Shown: positions 29,539 through 40,149 of the stretch, in pieces | Layout: each line of letters opens with the position of its first letter | Position numbering within the stretch: the first letter of the stretch is position 1 | Virus record (IMG/VR): IMGVR_UViG_3300048065_001187 | Span: 32,001-96,000 of that record | Reading direction: 5' to 3' (one strand) | Length of the DNA stretch: 64,000 nt | Source: a virus | Notes under the pieces: generated by a model | Told to the model about the DNA's origin: nothing | Databases searched by the model: none | The model's input: only the letters and a program-made list of their open reading frames with translations | Made by a program: the position numbers and the translations under genes

Positions 29539-30472
29539 TTTTGTACCCCATAGAGTTATTGGTGAACCTGCTAAATTTGATCTTTCATTTGAGGAGGATA
29601 GATTTAGATTTGGGAGAGTTGTAATTGAAAAAAAGAACGGCTTAATACTAAATCATTATTACGATCATTCCCCTTGGAAATTTGACGCAAAAAACTCAAA
29701 AGCAGTTAGTTTCATAAAACAAATAGAAAGAGCTAACGTATCTTTAAATTTTCCAGACTTTAAGCCAGTTAAAATTTATTTTATCGATGTCCCCCCCAAG
29801 GCTGATATTATAAATCAATCCGAGCAGCCTATTTTATTTCAGTCTTATATTGATAAAAACGAGCCAGAATGTCCACCACATCTAAGAAAACATCCTGATT
29901 TTATTTGTTGCCCTGATTTTACTTTCTGGGATTGGTGCGGCATGAAGTATGAAAAATATTTCCCTAAAATTCGTACTGCAGGACAATCAGATCCATTGTC
30001 AAAAAAAATGTTCTGGCGCGGAATGAAATATCCAAAGCTTCGCGGACCTTTAGTTGATTTAGGTGAGGAATATCCAGATTTAATTGATGCTCAATTTTCA
30101 AAACCCAATAAAAATGATCCTAATTTTATATCTTTAGAGGATGCCGTTTTGGGTTATAGCTATTTTATTGATCTACAAGCTTCAGGTTGGAGTCCAAGAG
30201 TAAAATATTTCCTCCAATCAAATCGCTTAACTTTTTTACAAGAGCGTTTCCATAAAGCATATTACGAAAAATATTTAGTTCCAATGGAGCACTACATTCC
30301 AATCAAAAAAGACCTATCTGATCTTATTGACAAAATAAAATGGGCGAATGATAATCCTAAACATGCACAAAATATTATTGATAATGCCTTTGATTTTAGC
30401 TCGACTCACTTTTCCGTTGATGCAGTAAATAAAAAATGGCTAGAAGCAATAAAAGCATCTCAAGATGTATGA
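29528..30472 (+). CDS. GT90 (CAP10/POGLUT-like) glycosyltransferase, paralog of 22022
   Basis: ICCPDF, FWRG, WSPRVKYFL, PMEHYIPI. Confidence 0.8.
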   Translation: MNSNFVPHRVIGEPAKFDLSFEEDRFRFGRVVIEKKNGLILNHYYDHSPWKFDAKNSKAVSFIKQIERANVSLNFPDFKPVKIYFIDVPPKADIINQSEQPILFQSYIDKNEPECPPHLRKHPDFICCPDFTFWDWCGMKYEKYFPKIRTAGQSDPLSKKMFWRGMKYPKLRGPLVDLGEEYPDLIDAQFSKPNKNDPNFISLEDAVLGYSYFIDLQASGWSPRVKYFLQSNRLTFLQERFHKAYYEKYLVPMEHYIPIKKDLSDLIDKIKWANDNPKHAQNIIDNAFDFSSTHFSVDAVNKKWLEAIKASQDV

Positions 30473-31154
30473 TTTAATTATATTGACCACGGCGATTTGC
30501 CGACCAGAATTGCAAACCGAATGCCTGAAAAGTTTTGCGGATGATTTACGCGATCAGGGTATTAGTGTCTTTTGGCGTATTAATATTGACCCAGCTCTTG
30601 GCGATCAAGATGAAACAGCTGACAACTTTAAAAAAATTATTCATGATATTGATCACATTATCTCATTTCCACCTGAACCTTGTTTTTTTACTGCTGCGAA
30701 TTATTTAATACAAGAAACACACCAAGAAGAACTTCAAGATTTAAATGACAACGGTTATATTATGTGGCTTGAAGATGATAAAAAACACGACATCAGTTTT
30801 AATATACAAGAATTGATTGATAGTGATTATGATTATATTGGCTTCCATCCAAATCATCTTTTTGAATTTTCATTTCATCCGTCAATGTGGGGTAAGCAGT
30901 TTTTCTCTGAGCATGTCTACGGACCATATATTCTAAATGATGGAAAGAAACAAGACCCCGAACAGCTTTTGATTGACTATCATCGCAATAGAAAAAAAGA
31001 AGACAGGGATCATTTTAAAAATGTTAAACGTGTTCATTTTAATGGAATATTTAATCATATCGGCAGAGAATGGAACGAGCAAAACAATGTAAAAAAATGG
31101 AATAAATCAAAACAAGATTCATCTATTAGTTATGAGAATATCCCACAAGCATAA
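30465..31154 (+). CDS. GT-A fold glycosyltransferase-like
   Basis: TAICRP, INID, WLEDD, FHPSMW, HIGREW. Confidence 0.55.
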   Translation: MYDLIILTTAICRPELQTECLKSFADDLRDQGISVFWRINIDPALGDQDETADNFKKIIHDIDHIISFPPEPCFFTAANYLIQETHQEELQDLNDNGYIMWLEDDKKHDISFNIQELIDSDYDYIGFHPNHLFEFSFHPSMWGKQFFSEHVYGPYILNDGKKQDPEQLLIDYHRNRKKEDRDHFKNVKRVHFNGIFNHIGREWNEQNNVKKWNKSKQDSSISYENIPQA

Positions 31155-31695
31155 ATTTGTTTTTATAGCCGTCCCTAAAACTGGCAGCACTTCAGTTAGG
31201 TCGATTATTGACCCATACAGTGATATAGTAAGTGTTAATGATAGAAATTCACCGTACAAACATCATACTACAGCACTAGACTTGAAAAAACATTTTGAAT
31301 CTGAAGGCTGGAATTGGGACGATTATTATAAATTTTCAGTAGTAAGAAATCCTTGGGAAAGACGAGTATCGTCATGGGCTTATAGACTCAAAAAAGGTCA
31401 GCATAACCATACCGAATTCAAAGATTTTGTTATGCATTACCCAGCAAACCCTCAAGTCAACTGGCTTTTTGATGAATCGGGTAATTCACTTATGGATTAC
31501 ATTTTTAAACTTGAAGATCTTGACGGCATGGATAAAGTTTTTGATGATTTAAATATTCCTAAAGTAAATTTACCGCACAAAAACAAAAACAATCACAAGC
31601 ATTATACTGAATATTACGACAACGAAGCCCGTGAAATGGTTGCAGAAAAATATGCTAAGGATATCGAGTATTTCGGATACGAATTCAAAGAATAA
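31132..31695 (+). CDS. Sulfotransferase family 2
   Basis: VPKTGSTS and VRNPWERRVS. Confidence 0.85.
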   Translation: MRISHKHKFVFIAVPKTGSTSVRSIIDPYSDIVSVNDRNSPYKHHTTALDLKKHFESEGWNWDDYYKFSVVRNPWERRVSSWAYRLKKGQHNHTEFKDFVMHYPANPQVNWLFDESGNSLMDYIFKLEDLDGMDKVFDDLNIPKVNLPHKNKNNHKHYTEYYDNEAREMVAEKYAKDIEYFGYEFKE

Positions 31696-31696
31696 A

Positions 31697-31701
31697 GTGT
31701 A
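31697..31701 (+). promoter_or_regulatory. GTGTA promoter-like motif
   Basis: GTGTACAT, 14 nt before ATG 31711; nearly fills the 15-nt gap. Confidence 0.65.
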
Positions 31702-31710
31702 CATCAAGAT

Positions 31711-32700
31711 ATGAACATACTAATTACTGGAGTTGCGGGGCTCATCGGGAGCAGGTTAGCCGATTGGCTTCTTGAAAACATTTCAAATGCAACAATCATA
31801 GGAATTGATGACTTAAGTGGTGGTTACATAGAAAACCTTGATGAAAGAATTATTTTTTATCAAGCTAATTTACATGAAGATGATATCAATCAAATTTTTG
31901 AAAATCATAGTATAGATTATGTTTTTCATTTAGCGGCTTATGCAGCAGAAGGGTTAAGTCCTTTCATAAGAAAGTTTAATTATATGAACAATACAGTCTC
32001 TACTGCCGCAGTCATTAATTCATGCATCACTTATAATGTCAAAAGACTTGTATTTACTTCCTCATTAGCCGTATATGGCCATGGAGACGGAGGCATCTTT
32101 AAAGAAGAGCAGACTCCAGCTCCAATTGATCCATATGGTGTTGCAAAATATGCTTGCGAAATGGATATTAAAATCGCTGGCGAACAGCATGGACTGGATT
32201 GGTGTATTATCAGACCTCACAATGTATATGGCGCGAAGCAAAACATTTGGGACAGATACAGAAATGTTTTAGGTATTTGGATGTTTCAATATATACAAGG
32301 ATTACCAATGTCTATTTTTGGAGATGGAAGCCAGACACGAGCATTTAGCTGTGTTGATGACATTTTATCTCCATTATATAAAGCTGCAATTAATCCAGAA
32401 GCTTCAAAAGAAATAATTAATCTTGGTGGAGTAGAAGAGCATTCCATTAATGAAGCCAATAAAATTTTACTTGATATCATTAAAGATGGACAGTCTTCAT
32501 ACAAAGAATCTCGCCACGAAGTTAAACACTCTATACCTACATATCAAAAATCTGTAGATATCTTAGGCTTTGAACATACCGTTTCCCTGCAAGAAGGTTT
32601 ATCAAAAATGTGGGCATGGGCACAAACACAACCAGTGCGTGAAATTTTCAAATGGGAAAAATACGAGGTTGATAAAGGGATATATGATTTTTGGAAATGA
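31711..32700 (+). CDS. NAD-dependent nucleotide-sugar epimerase/dehydratase
   Basis: TGVAGLIGS, HLAAYAAEGLS, PYGVAK, RPHNVYG. Confidence 0.9.
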   Translation: MNILITGVAGLIGSRLADWLLENISNATIIGIDDLSGGYIENLDERIIFYQANLHEDDINQIFENHSIDYVFHLAAYAAEGLSPFIRKFNYMNNTVSTAAVINSCITYNVKRLVFTSSLAVYGHGDGGIFKEEQTPAPIDPYGVAKYACEMDIKIAGEQHGLDWCIIRPHNVYGAKQNIWDRYRNVLGIWMFQYIQGLPMSIFGDGSQTRAFSCVDDILSPLYKAAINPEASKEIINLGGVEEHSINEANKILLDIIKDGQSSYKESRHEVKHSIPTYQKSVDILGFEHTVSLQEGLSKMWAWAQTQPVREIFKWEKYEVDKGIYDFWK

Positions 32701-33314
32701 AAAGATATGATATAATTAATAGCTTTATATTAAAGCATAATCTGGCAAGATACCTAGAAATTGGTGTTTTCAAAGGTGAATGTATAGAAAAAATCAACAT
32801 TAAACATAAAGATGGTGTTGATCCTGGCCATGAAAACGAAATGCACCGCATGGTTAATCACAACACTACTTCTTGTTCGTTTTTCGCTGGTTTTTTTCAT
32901 GGCATGTCAGTTGAAAAATATGACATAATTTTTATAGATGGCTTGCATGAATCAGATCAGGTAGATAAAGACATAAAGAATTCCTTATTGTCAACAGCAG
33001 ATAACGGTTTTGTATTAATGCATGACTGCAGTCCTCCTACTAAAAAACATGCTCAAGTTCCTCGTGGATCTCAAGTCGATTGGATGGGGGATGTTTATAA
33101 ATCATTCCTGCGTTCAAGACTCATCAATCCACAGCATAAACATTTCGTAATTGATACTGACTGGGGTGTAGGTGTAATTTTAAAAAACCAACAAGACGAA
33201 AAACTCGACAAAGATTTCATTCAAAAAGGTATCGACTCTTGGGATTTCTTTTGCAAAAACAGGACCGAGTTACTTTCATTGATTTCTGTAGATGATTTTA
33301 AAAAGCATTATTAA
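32697..33314 (+). CDS. Class I SAM methyltransferase (Methyltransf_24-like)
   Basis: YLEIGV, GVDP, DIIFIDGLH, MHDC, DWGVG. Confidence 0.8.
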   Translation: MKRYDIINSFILKHNLARYLEIGVFKGECIEKINIKHKDGVDPGHENEMHRMVNHNTTSCSFFAGFFHGMSVEKYDIIFIDGLHESDQVDKDIKNSLLSTADNGFVLMHDCSPPTKKHAQVPRGSQVDWMGDVYKSFLRSRLINPQHKHFVIDTDWGVGVILKNQQDEKLDKDFIQKGIDSWDFFCKNRTELLSLISVDDFKKHY

Positions 33315-34095
33315 TGACAGTTGGTTCTTATCAAATGGCTATATAGATTCGGATTCTTCTATAGATTTACTTGAGCAAAAATACATTCAGCATAATTTAT
33401 CTGTCTTAAAACGATTTAAGCATATTGCTGTAGCCACGACTTATTCTGATTTTTGTGATTCCCTGATCAAAAAGAATGAGGCTTTATGGAAAAACTACTT
33501 CCCAGATTGTCATGTAATTAATGTAGAAAAGAATCGAGGTCATGGCTTTGGAATTGCTGATAGCGAAAATGCATTAATTAATTTATGCAAATCAAAAGGT
33601 GGGAAATGGGCATTAAAAAGCTCAAATGATGTTATATTTAACGAGTCAATATTAGGCATTAATGTCCCTGATGTAGATTTTATTTATTTAAATGGATTCA
33701 AGGTAGAAGATTTAAAAACCTATAATTTTAATCATACAAGACACTATAATAATTATTTTTACCCGCAGACAAATTTTTATTTTATTCGTGCCGACAAAAT
33801 CGATTATTTATACAATGAAGATTATATCAATGAAACATATGAATATATCAAAACAATCAAGGATTATAACAATTGTACATGGGATTATATTGATGGATGG
33901 TCTTGTGAAAATTTCCTAAAACAATGTGTTGAAAGAAATAATCTTAAAAAACATTACTTACTAGACCTAGAATATCATATAAAATTGTGTAAATTTGTAA
34001 GAGAAAGACGAATACTTGACCCAGCTCATAAAAATATGATGATATCAGGTATTTGTCATTTTCAATTTCCAGAACAAAAAATCCACCAGATATGA
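33292..34095 (+). CDS. Hypothetical protein (glycan-associated)
   Basis: NRGHGFG, KSSNDV, PQTNF; context only. Confidence 0.5.
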   Translation: MILKSIINDSWFLSNGYIDSDSSIDLLEQKYIQHNLSVLKRFKHIAVATTYSDFCDSLIKKNEALWKNYFPDCHVINVEKNRGHGFGIADSENALINLCKSKGGKWALKSSNDVIFNESILGINVPDVDFIYLNGFKVEDLKTYNFNHTRHYNNYFYPQTNFYFIRADKIDYLYNEDYINETYEYIKTIKDYNNCTWDYIDGWSCENFLKQCVERNNLKKHYLLDLEYHIKLCKFVRERRILDPAHKNMMISGICHFQFPEQKIHQI

Positions 34096-34823
34096 AAGCC
34101 TCAGTAATATTATCATCTTTTAATAATTTGCCTGCATTAAAATTAAGCATTGAAACATTAAAGATTCAAACAGAAAAAGATTTTGAAATAATTATTTCCG
34201 ATGATGGTTCAACAGACGGAACTGTCGAATGGTTACAAGAAGAAAAAGTAAAGCACTTCACGAGACCGAACGAAGGTTATAGACTTGCATATATTTGGAA
34301 CAGGGGCGCAGATTTAGCGTCTGGGGATCGTTTTATATTTGGCAACTCTGATGTTATTTGGGGTCCTGATTTTGTGGCTGAGCATTTGAAATATGCTGAC
34401 AAATTAATTGCAGGGCTTTGCCTATCAATAGCAATTGATAATGTGCCACAAGTTACTCCTGAAAAAATACACCACGATTTCGACTTTATAGATTCACTTA
34501 AATATGGTGATCGCCGCCAAGACTTCATCGATAAACTTAAGCGCCCTTACTTGATTCACGAAAAACCAATACCACCTCGATATATGTATGGAGGCAATTG
34601 GTCTTGCCCTACTCATGTATTCAAACAGATTGAAGGGCTAGACGAAGGTTTCAAAGGTTGGGGTGGCGAAGATTTTGACTTTGCTAGGCGAGCAAAAAAT
34701 GCCGGCAATGAAATTATTATCAATACCAACTGTAAAGGTTATCACTTGGATCACGAAAAAGTCAATAGAGATAACACTCGATCAATAGGAAAAGGTTATT
34801 TTGATGAAAAGTGGAATTCTTAA
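34092..34823 (+). CDS. GT2 family glycosyltransferase
   Basis: SDDGSTDGT, WNRG, NSD, GLDEGFKGWGGED, YHLDH. ATG 34092. Confidence 0.9.
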   Translation: MKASVILSSFNNLPALKLSIETLKIQTEKDFEIIISDDGSTDGTVEWLQEEKVKHFTRPNEGYRLAYIWNRGADLASGDRFIFGNSDVIWGPDFVAEHLKYADKLIAGLCLSIAIDNVPQVTPEKIHHDFDFIDSLKYGDRRQDFIDKLKRPYLIHEKPIPPRYMYGGNWSCPTHVFKQIEGLDEGFKGWGGEDFDFARRAKNAGNEIIINTNCKGYHLDHEKVNRDNTRSIGKGYFDEKWNS

Positions 34824-35457
34824 AGTTTTTGTATGCTGCCAAAAGTATATTCATCGAGTCGAAGACATAAAAGCTCGAGTTAAAAAATGGAACCTTGGGG
34901 ATTATTTAATATTTACTGGTGGAGAAGAAGAAAAAGGATTAGAAGAAAACGTTATTCAATTAAAGTGCCGCGATTTATATGAAGACCTTCCAGAAAAAAT
35001 GTTTGCTATTTATAAATATTTGGCGGACAATAATTATCCAGAAAAATATAATCATTTTTGGAAAATAGATGATGATGTTGATTGGTTAAGGTGGAACGAG
35101 GGAAGGGAAGTCGATCTTCTAAAATCTCTTGATGGTTACGATTACGCAGGCTTTCAGATCAAAACAAAAGAAGGTAAAAGAGGGTGGCATATAGGTAGGG
35201 TGCGAGAAGATTCCCCTTGGTGTAATAAAAGATACGATGGGATATATGTAGATTGGGCGGCAGGAGGATCAACTTATTTCTTGAGCGGTAAATCCATTGG
35301 CAAGTTTAAAGGACTCGAAGGTATTAATGAAATTAGAGAAAGTGAAATATACGAAGATTTAGCTATCGCAAAGTTTCTTAGGAAATTTGATATATTCCCG
35401 GCGGAAATCAACCCTTGGCCAGACAAGCGAGTACTAAGATTAGACATTAACAAATGA
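34804..35457 (+). CDS. GT31/Fringe-like galactosyltransferase-type protein
   Basis: DLYEDLPEK, WKIDDD, DYAG, GGSTYFLS, YEDL. Confidence 0.7.
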   Translation: MKSGILKVFVCCQKYIHRVEDIKARVKKWNLGDYLIFTGGEEEKGLEENVIQLKCRDLYEDLPEKMFAIYKYLADNNYPEKYNHFWKIDDDVDWLRWNEGREVDLLKSLDGYDYAGFQIKTKEGKRGWHIGRVREDSPWCNKRYDGIYVDWAAGGSTYFLSGKSIGKFKGLEGINEIRESEIYEDLAIAKFLRKFDIFPAEINPWPDKRVLRLDINK

Positions 35458-36026
35458 TCAACCATCAATATAAATGTATATTTATACATGTTGTTAAAAC
35501 AGGCGGGATTTCTGTTTGCAAGGCCTTAAACATGCAAGACAAACAGCTTCATATTTCAGCATCAGAAGCTAAATCTACCACAAAAAACAAATGGAATAAC
35601 TATTTTACTTTCTCGTTCACCAGAAACCCTTGGGACAAGATGGTTTCCCAATATTTTTACAACGGCCAATGTTACACAAGAGATTTTAACGAATATATCG
35701 AGCGTTGGTACAATGACAAAGAATTTATCACAAGTTACAGTTGTGTGCATAGTGACTATTTTGATATTGATCTTGATTTTATTGGTAGGTTTGAAAATCT
35801 TCAAGAAGATTTCGATTTTGTCTGCAAAAAGATTAAAAAGCCATCATGCACTTTACCTCATGAAAATTCTCAACCAATAACTTCTGGACCAAATGGAGAA
35901 AAAGTTTTCCCTAAACCAAAAGAGATACATTATTCTAAGCTTTATAATCAGGACTCAATAGATATGGTCGCTGAAAAATTCTCCAAAGATATTAAATTAT
36001 TTAATTATGAGTTTAATCAAAGTTAA
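35454..36026 (+). CDS. Sulfotransferase family 2
   Basis: HVVKTGGIS, RNPWDKMVS, FIGRFENL. Confidence 0.85.
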   Translation: MINHQYKCIFIHVVKTGGISVCKALNMQDKQLHISASEAKSTTKNKWNNYFTFSFTRNPWDKMVSQYFYNGQCYTRDFNEYIERWYNDKEFITSYSCVHSDYFDIDLDFIGRFENLQEDFDFVCKKIKKPSCTLPHENSQPITSGPNGEKVFPKPKEIHYSKLYNQDSIDMVAEKFSKDIKLFNYEFNQS

Positions 36027-36798
36027 AAACAAAAGAAGGGGCGGCAATTTATTTCATTTTGCACATTTTATGTGTGATTGCGTTTTCCCTGAAGTTCTCT
36101 CTGGTATACCTGAGCATGACCATGTTTTTAGAATAAAAAATTTAGATCAAACATTGGGTAACTTTGAAAAAATGTATGAAAGCATATTCAATTCTAAAAA
36201 CATGGAAGTAGATCAAACAGCATTTGATAAAATTGAATGCGAAGAAAAAGTCATTGAAAGATTGCCCTCTCATAACAATATAGAAGATTTTAAAAAATTT
36301 ATTGATTTCGTTTTTAGCTCTTTGGATATTGACAAAGCCCCCGATCCTTCTTATCCCGAAGTACTTTTGATTAAAAGAGGAGAAAGAGTAGAGCTAATTT
36401 CTGATTCATATTTAAAAAAACAAAATAAAAATGCAACAAATGGTAAAGAGCGGCGTGAAATCAAAAACATTGATAAAGTAGAAAATATGTTGCATGAAAA
36501 ATATAAAGATAAATTTGGTTCTGTTGTTCTAGAAAATATGGATCTTAAAGATCAAATCATGCATTTTTATCATGCGAAAATTATCGTGTGCGCCCATGGA
36601 GCTTGCATGGCTAATTTATTTTTTTGTCAGCCTGAAACTCTGGTTATCGAAGTCAATGCGCGGACTCCACAAGACAAAAGAATCGGGGCGGGAGTTTATC
36701 CATTTTTTGATACGATTTGCGATGTATTAAATTTAAATCAACATAAGATTGATAGGCACAATGGTTTTAATTTATTGAAGTATATAAATTCTTTATAA
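36007..36798 (+). CDS. GT61 (DUF563)-like glycosyltransferase
   Basis: NLFHFAHF, RREIKN, DQI..F..A, AHGACMAN, VIE. Confidence 0.75.
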   Translation: MSLIKVKNKRRGGNLFHFAHFMCDCVFPEVLSGIPEHDHVFRIKNLDQTLGNFEKMYESIFNSKNMEVDQTAFDKIECEEKVIERLPSHNNIEDFKKFIDFVFSSLDIDKAPDPSYPEVLLIKRGERVELISDSYLKKQNKNATNGKERREIKNIDKVENMLHEKYKDKFGSVVLENMDLKDQIMHFYHAKIIVCAHGACMANLFFCQPETLVIEVNARTPQDKRIGAGVYPFFDTICDVLNLNQHKIDRHNGFNLLKYINSL

Positions 36799-36800
36799 TT

Positions 36801-38186
36801 ATGAGTCGAAAACCAAATGTAATAATTATTCATACCGATGAACATAATCTAAGAACTTTAGGTTGTTATCGAGACTTAATGACAGAAAATCAAGCGTTTC
36901 AGTTCGGTAAAGATGTCAAAGTCGATACCCCAAATATTGATTTTCTTGCTAAAAACGGATGTCTTTTTAATAATTTCATAACTCCATATCCTATATGCCA
37001 ACCTTCCCGTGCTACATTTTTTACTGGTCGCCATTATGACAATGTAATCAATGCTGGGACTGAATGGCAGTCGCAACATTTAAAAAGTAATATAAAAACC
37101 TTTGCTCATTTTTTCAAAAATGCTGGGTATTCAACAAATTACGTAGGGAAATGGCACTTAAATGGAATGAAATCGCCTGACTGGGGAACCTCTCCTAATT
37201 TCGGCTTCGACCATAATCGCTATATGTATAATCGAGGTCATTTTAAAATTGTTGAAGAAACTGGGGATAACATCAGCACTTTTAATTGGGATCCTGATTT
37301 AGCAAATAATAAAAATTACACGACAGATTGGCTTTCAAATAAAGCCATACAAATTATAGAATCTAATAAAACAAAACCATTTTTATTGACTTTATGTATC
37401 CCTGATCCTCATGATCCAAATGTAGTTCGAGAACCTTATAATTCAATGTTTAATAATCTTGTTTTTGATCTACCTCGTACAATGAGGAAATCAGTGAACA
37501 AACCTATGGATCAGCCTTTATGGGTAAAAAATGGCGAATGCGCCAATAAATGGCGTCCAGAATCCATCAAAAAATATTTTGGAATGGTTAAGTGTATTGA
37601 TGATAACGTAGGTAAGATAATTTCTTGCCTCAAAAATATTAATTTGCTTGATAATACAATTTTGGTTTTCACTTCGGATCATGGAGATTTGCTTTACGAA
37701 CATAGATGCCTCAACAAATCATTGCCTTATGATTGCTCTATTAGAGTTCCCATGATTATTTATTATCCCAATAAAATATCGAGCAAAGTGGTAAACACGC
37801 CACACTCAATGCCAGATTTCACTCCAACTGTTCTTGATTTATGCGGAGTAGATTATCAAAAACAATCATTTCACGGCTCAAGTTTTAGTAGTGATATTTT
37901 ATGTTCGGATAAAACCATAGAGAGAGATCGGATAGTTTACAGTAGAACCTGGAACTGGATTGCTATTATTAAAAATTCATTAAAATTAGTTATTTCCATA
38001 GATGATGACCCTTGGCTCTTTGATCAAAAAGTAGACCCTGATGAATTGATTAATTTCTATAATACGAACTCTTACAAAGAGCATATTAAAGAAATGATTA
38101 CAGAAGGTCATTTTCAGCTTAATAAGTATGAACTTAATTATGCTAAACACTCTGATCTTGCATATAAGCTTGAATCCTATCTGTAG
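36801..38186 (+). CDS. Formylglycine-dependent (S1) sulfatase, no signal peptide
   Basis: PNVIIIHTD, TPNID, CQPSRA (CxPxR), GKWHL, PHDP, TSDHG, RVP. Confidence 0.92.
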   Translation: MSRKPNVIIIHTDEHNLRTLGCYRDLMTENQAFQFGKDVKVDTPNIDFLAKNGCLFNNFITPYPICQPSRATFFTGRHYDNVINAGTEWQSQHLKSNIKTFAHFFKNAGYSTNYVGKWHLNGMKSPDWGTSPNFGFDHNRYMYNRGHFKIVEETGDNISTFNWDPDLANNKNYTTDWLSNKAIQIIESNKTKPFLLTLCIPDPHDPNVVREPYNSMFNNLVFDLPRTMRKSVNKPMDQPLWVKNGECANKWRPESIKKYFGMVKCIDDNVGKIISCLKNINLLDNTILVFTSDHGDLLYEHRCLNKSLPYDCSIRVPMIIYYPNKISSKVVNTPHSMPDFTPTVLDLCGVDYQKQSFHGSSFSSDILCSDKTIERDRIVYSRTWNWIAIIKNSLKLVISIDDDPWLFDQKVDPDELINFYNTNSYKEHIKEMITEGHFQLNKYELNYAKHSDLAYKLESYL

Positions 38187-38187
38187 A

Positions 38188-38955
38188 ATGAACTTTAAAT
38201 CCTACATGATAACATTCACGAAAGACCCTCGTCGTTTTTCCAATTTTAACGATGTTAAATCTAAATTAAATGGATTGGAATTATTTGAGGCCGCAAATGC
38301 TATTGATTATTATGATATTTTAGAATCAATGGATAGAAAATTTAAATTTCATACCAAAAAATATTTAGACGAATGGAATTGGCTTCCAGGAAAACTTGGC
38401 TGCAATTTATCTTGGTTATTATTATTTAAAAAGATACAATTAAATTACTCTTTTAATCCTGACTTCCCTAAATGGTTTTTAATAGTTGAAGATGATACCG
38501 AATTATTAGAGGAGAATATTGAGGATAAGATTTCGGGCATTATTGAACAAGCAGAAGCTTTGGATAGTTATTTTGTAAAATTTTTAGTTGGCACTGGGAA
38601 AGAAAAATTAAAAAATGGAATCGTTAAATTTTCTCCAGACATTCAGTTCTCAGAGCAGCATCATATAAAAGATAATTTTTATAAACTTATTCCGTCGTGG
38701 GGCAACTGGGCTCAGATATTTCGCATAGAAGCTGTCGAAGCTATTTTATCTGTGATTCCATGGGATGATCATTTAGATTTATTGTTGATGGATTCTCCAG
38801 TGTTTGAAAAGTTAAACGGGGTCGCTTACAAACAAAGCTTTTTCACATATAGTGGCGCAACAAGATTAGAGGAAGCAGACAAGAATTTCGGAAGCTTAAT
38901 ATACAAAAATTCAACTACAGGAAAGGTTGATTGGAGAAAGTTGACAAGATTATGA
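38188..38955 (+). CDS. GT25-like glycosyltransferase
   Basis: GKLGCNLS, LIVEDD. ATG 38188 lies directly after the sulfatase stop. Confidence 0.6.
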   Translation: MNFKSYMITFTKDPRRFSNFNDVKSKLNGLELFEAANAIDYYDILESMDRKFKFHTKKYLDEWNWLPGKLGCNLSWLLLFKKIQLNYSFNPDFPKWFLIVEDDTELLEENIEDKISGIIEQAEALDSYFVKFLVGTGKEKLKNGIVKFSPDIQFSEQHHIKDNFYKLIPSWGNWAQIFRIEAVEAILSVIPWDDHLDLLLMDSPVFEKLNGVAYKQSFFTYSGATRLEEADKNFGSLIYKNSTTGKVDWRKLTRL

Positions 38956-39560
38956 CTAAATTTATCTCCTTAGGCTCAAGTTGCTGTGTCAAGCACCATA
39001 TTGATCTTTTCTGCGGAAAAAGTGCAACTCTTCCATTTGACTGGGTAGTTATTGACTTTAAATCTGTGCTAGATCTAATCAGTTGCAGTAACCCTGAAAA
39101 TGTATTTAGCATAGACAATTTGGTTAATTCATCCAAAATTAATCCAGACCTTAAATATGTTTATAGCATTAAAAATTTAAGCCTCTATGAATTTTATCAT
39201 GACTTAAAAGAAGGATCGAGCAAAGAAGATATAATAAACTTTACTCAAAAATACCAAAGAAGATATCATAGATTGATCGATATTATTTCAACTGTTAATG
39301 ATATTTGCTTTATCCACCACGGAAGTTATAACCAAAATGATATTGATGAATTTTGCGAAAAGATTCGACTGATTAATCCTAAACTCGATTTTAAAGTTAT
39401 TATTATTGATAAAGAAAATTCAGTTAATAATTATTCTTGCGATCACACAATTTGTGTTCGAGAAAATTCATTTATAAAATCACAACCCAGCCAAGACGAA
39501 CACTGGTGGAAATTCAATCACATTGATTGGGTTAAAATATTTAATTTGTACTCAAAATGA
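38952..39560 (+). CDS. DUF1796-like putative papain-type protein
   Basis: ISLGSSC, PFDW, FYHD, KYQRR. Confidence 0.7.
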   Translation: MTKFISLGSSCCVKHHIDLFCGKSATLPFDWVVIDFKSVLDLISCSNPENVFSIDNLVNSSKINPDLKYVYSIKNLSLYEFYHDLKEGSSKEDIINFTQKYQRRYHRLIDIISTVNDICFIHHGSYNQNDIDEFCEKIRLINPKLDFKVIIIDKENSVNNYSCDHTICVRENSFIKSQPSQDEHWWKFNHIDWVKIFNLYSK

Positions 39561-40147
39561 TATCTCACGATTTAAAATGCGTTTTCGTTCATATACCGAA
39601 ATGTGCAGGCACTTCAGTTTATAAAAGTTTAAAATTAGACTTCTTAGGTTCAGGACATGCTCCAGCATCAAAACATTCTGAGTTTTTAAACCAAGGTTAT
39701 TTTTCTTTTTCTTTTGTTCGCAATCCATGGGATCGTATAGCTTCTTGCTATCGTTATTTTAAATCCATGAACCCTGGGGGCAGATGGTACAAAGGCAATC
39801 AAAAGCTTGCTGATTTAGCTAAGCAAATTTCTTTCGATGAATTCGTGAGAAGAGTTCCAGAGTTTCAGAAGATGATGATTAGAGAAGAAGGTTCTGTTCG
39901 TTCTGGAATTCACCTTCAGCCATTCTCCTATTTCCTGGATCAAGAAATTGATTATATTGGTAAAATGGAAAATATTAATCGTGACTATATTAAAATTTGC
40001 CGCCACTTAAATATCAGAATTAGACCCCTCAAAAGAGTCAACACTACTAATTCTTCGAATTATCAAGAATTATATATAGAAGAAACAAAGAATATCGTGT
40101 ATAATATATATCAAGAAGATATAAAAAAATACAATTACGAATTTTAA
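39557..40147 (+). CDS. Sulfotransferase family 2
   Basis: HIPKCAGTS and VRNPWDRIAS. Confidence 0.85.
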   Translation: MISHDLKCVFVHIPKCAGTSVYKSLKLDFLGSGHAPASKHSEFLNQGYFSFSFVRNPWDRIASCYRYFKSMNPGGRWYKGNQKLADLAKQISFDEFVRRVPEFQKMMIREEGSVRSGIHLQPFSYFLDQEIDYIGKMENINRDYIKICRHLNIRIRPLKRVNTTNSSNYQELYIEETKNIVYNIYQEDIKKYNYEF

Positions 40148-40149
40148 TT

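Noticed and set aside
19283-40101. Intragenic GTGTA copies (for example 19283 and 40097)
   Set aside because: Not at the 14-16 nt spacing from a start, and a pentamer is expected by chance. Internal promoters cannot be excluded.
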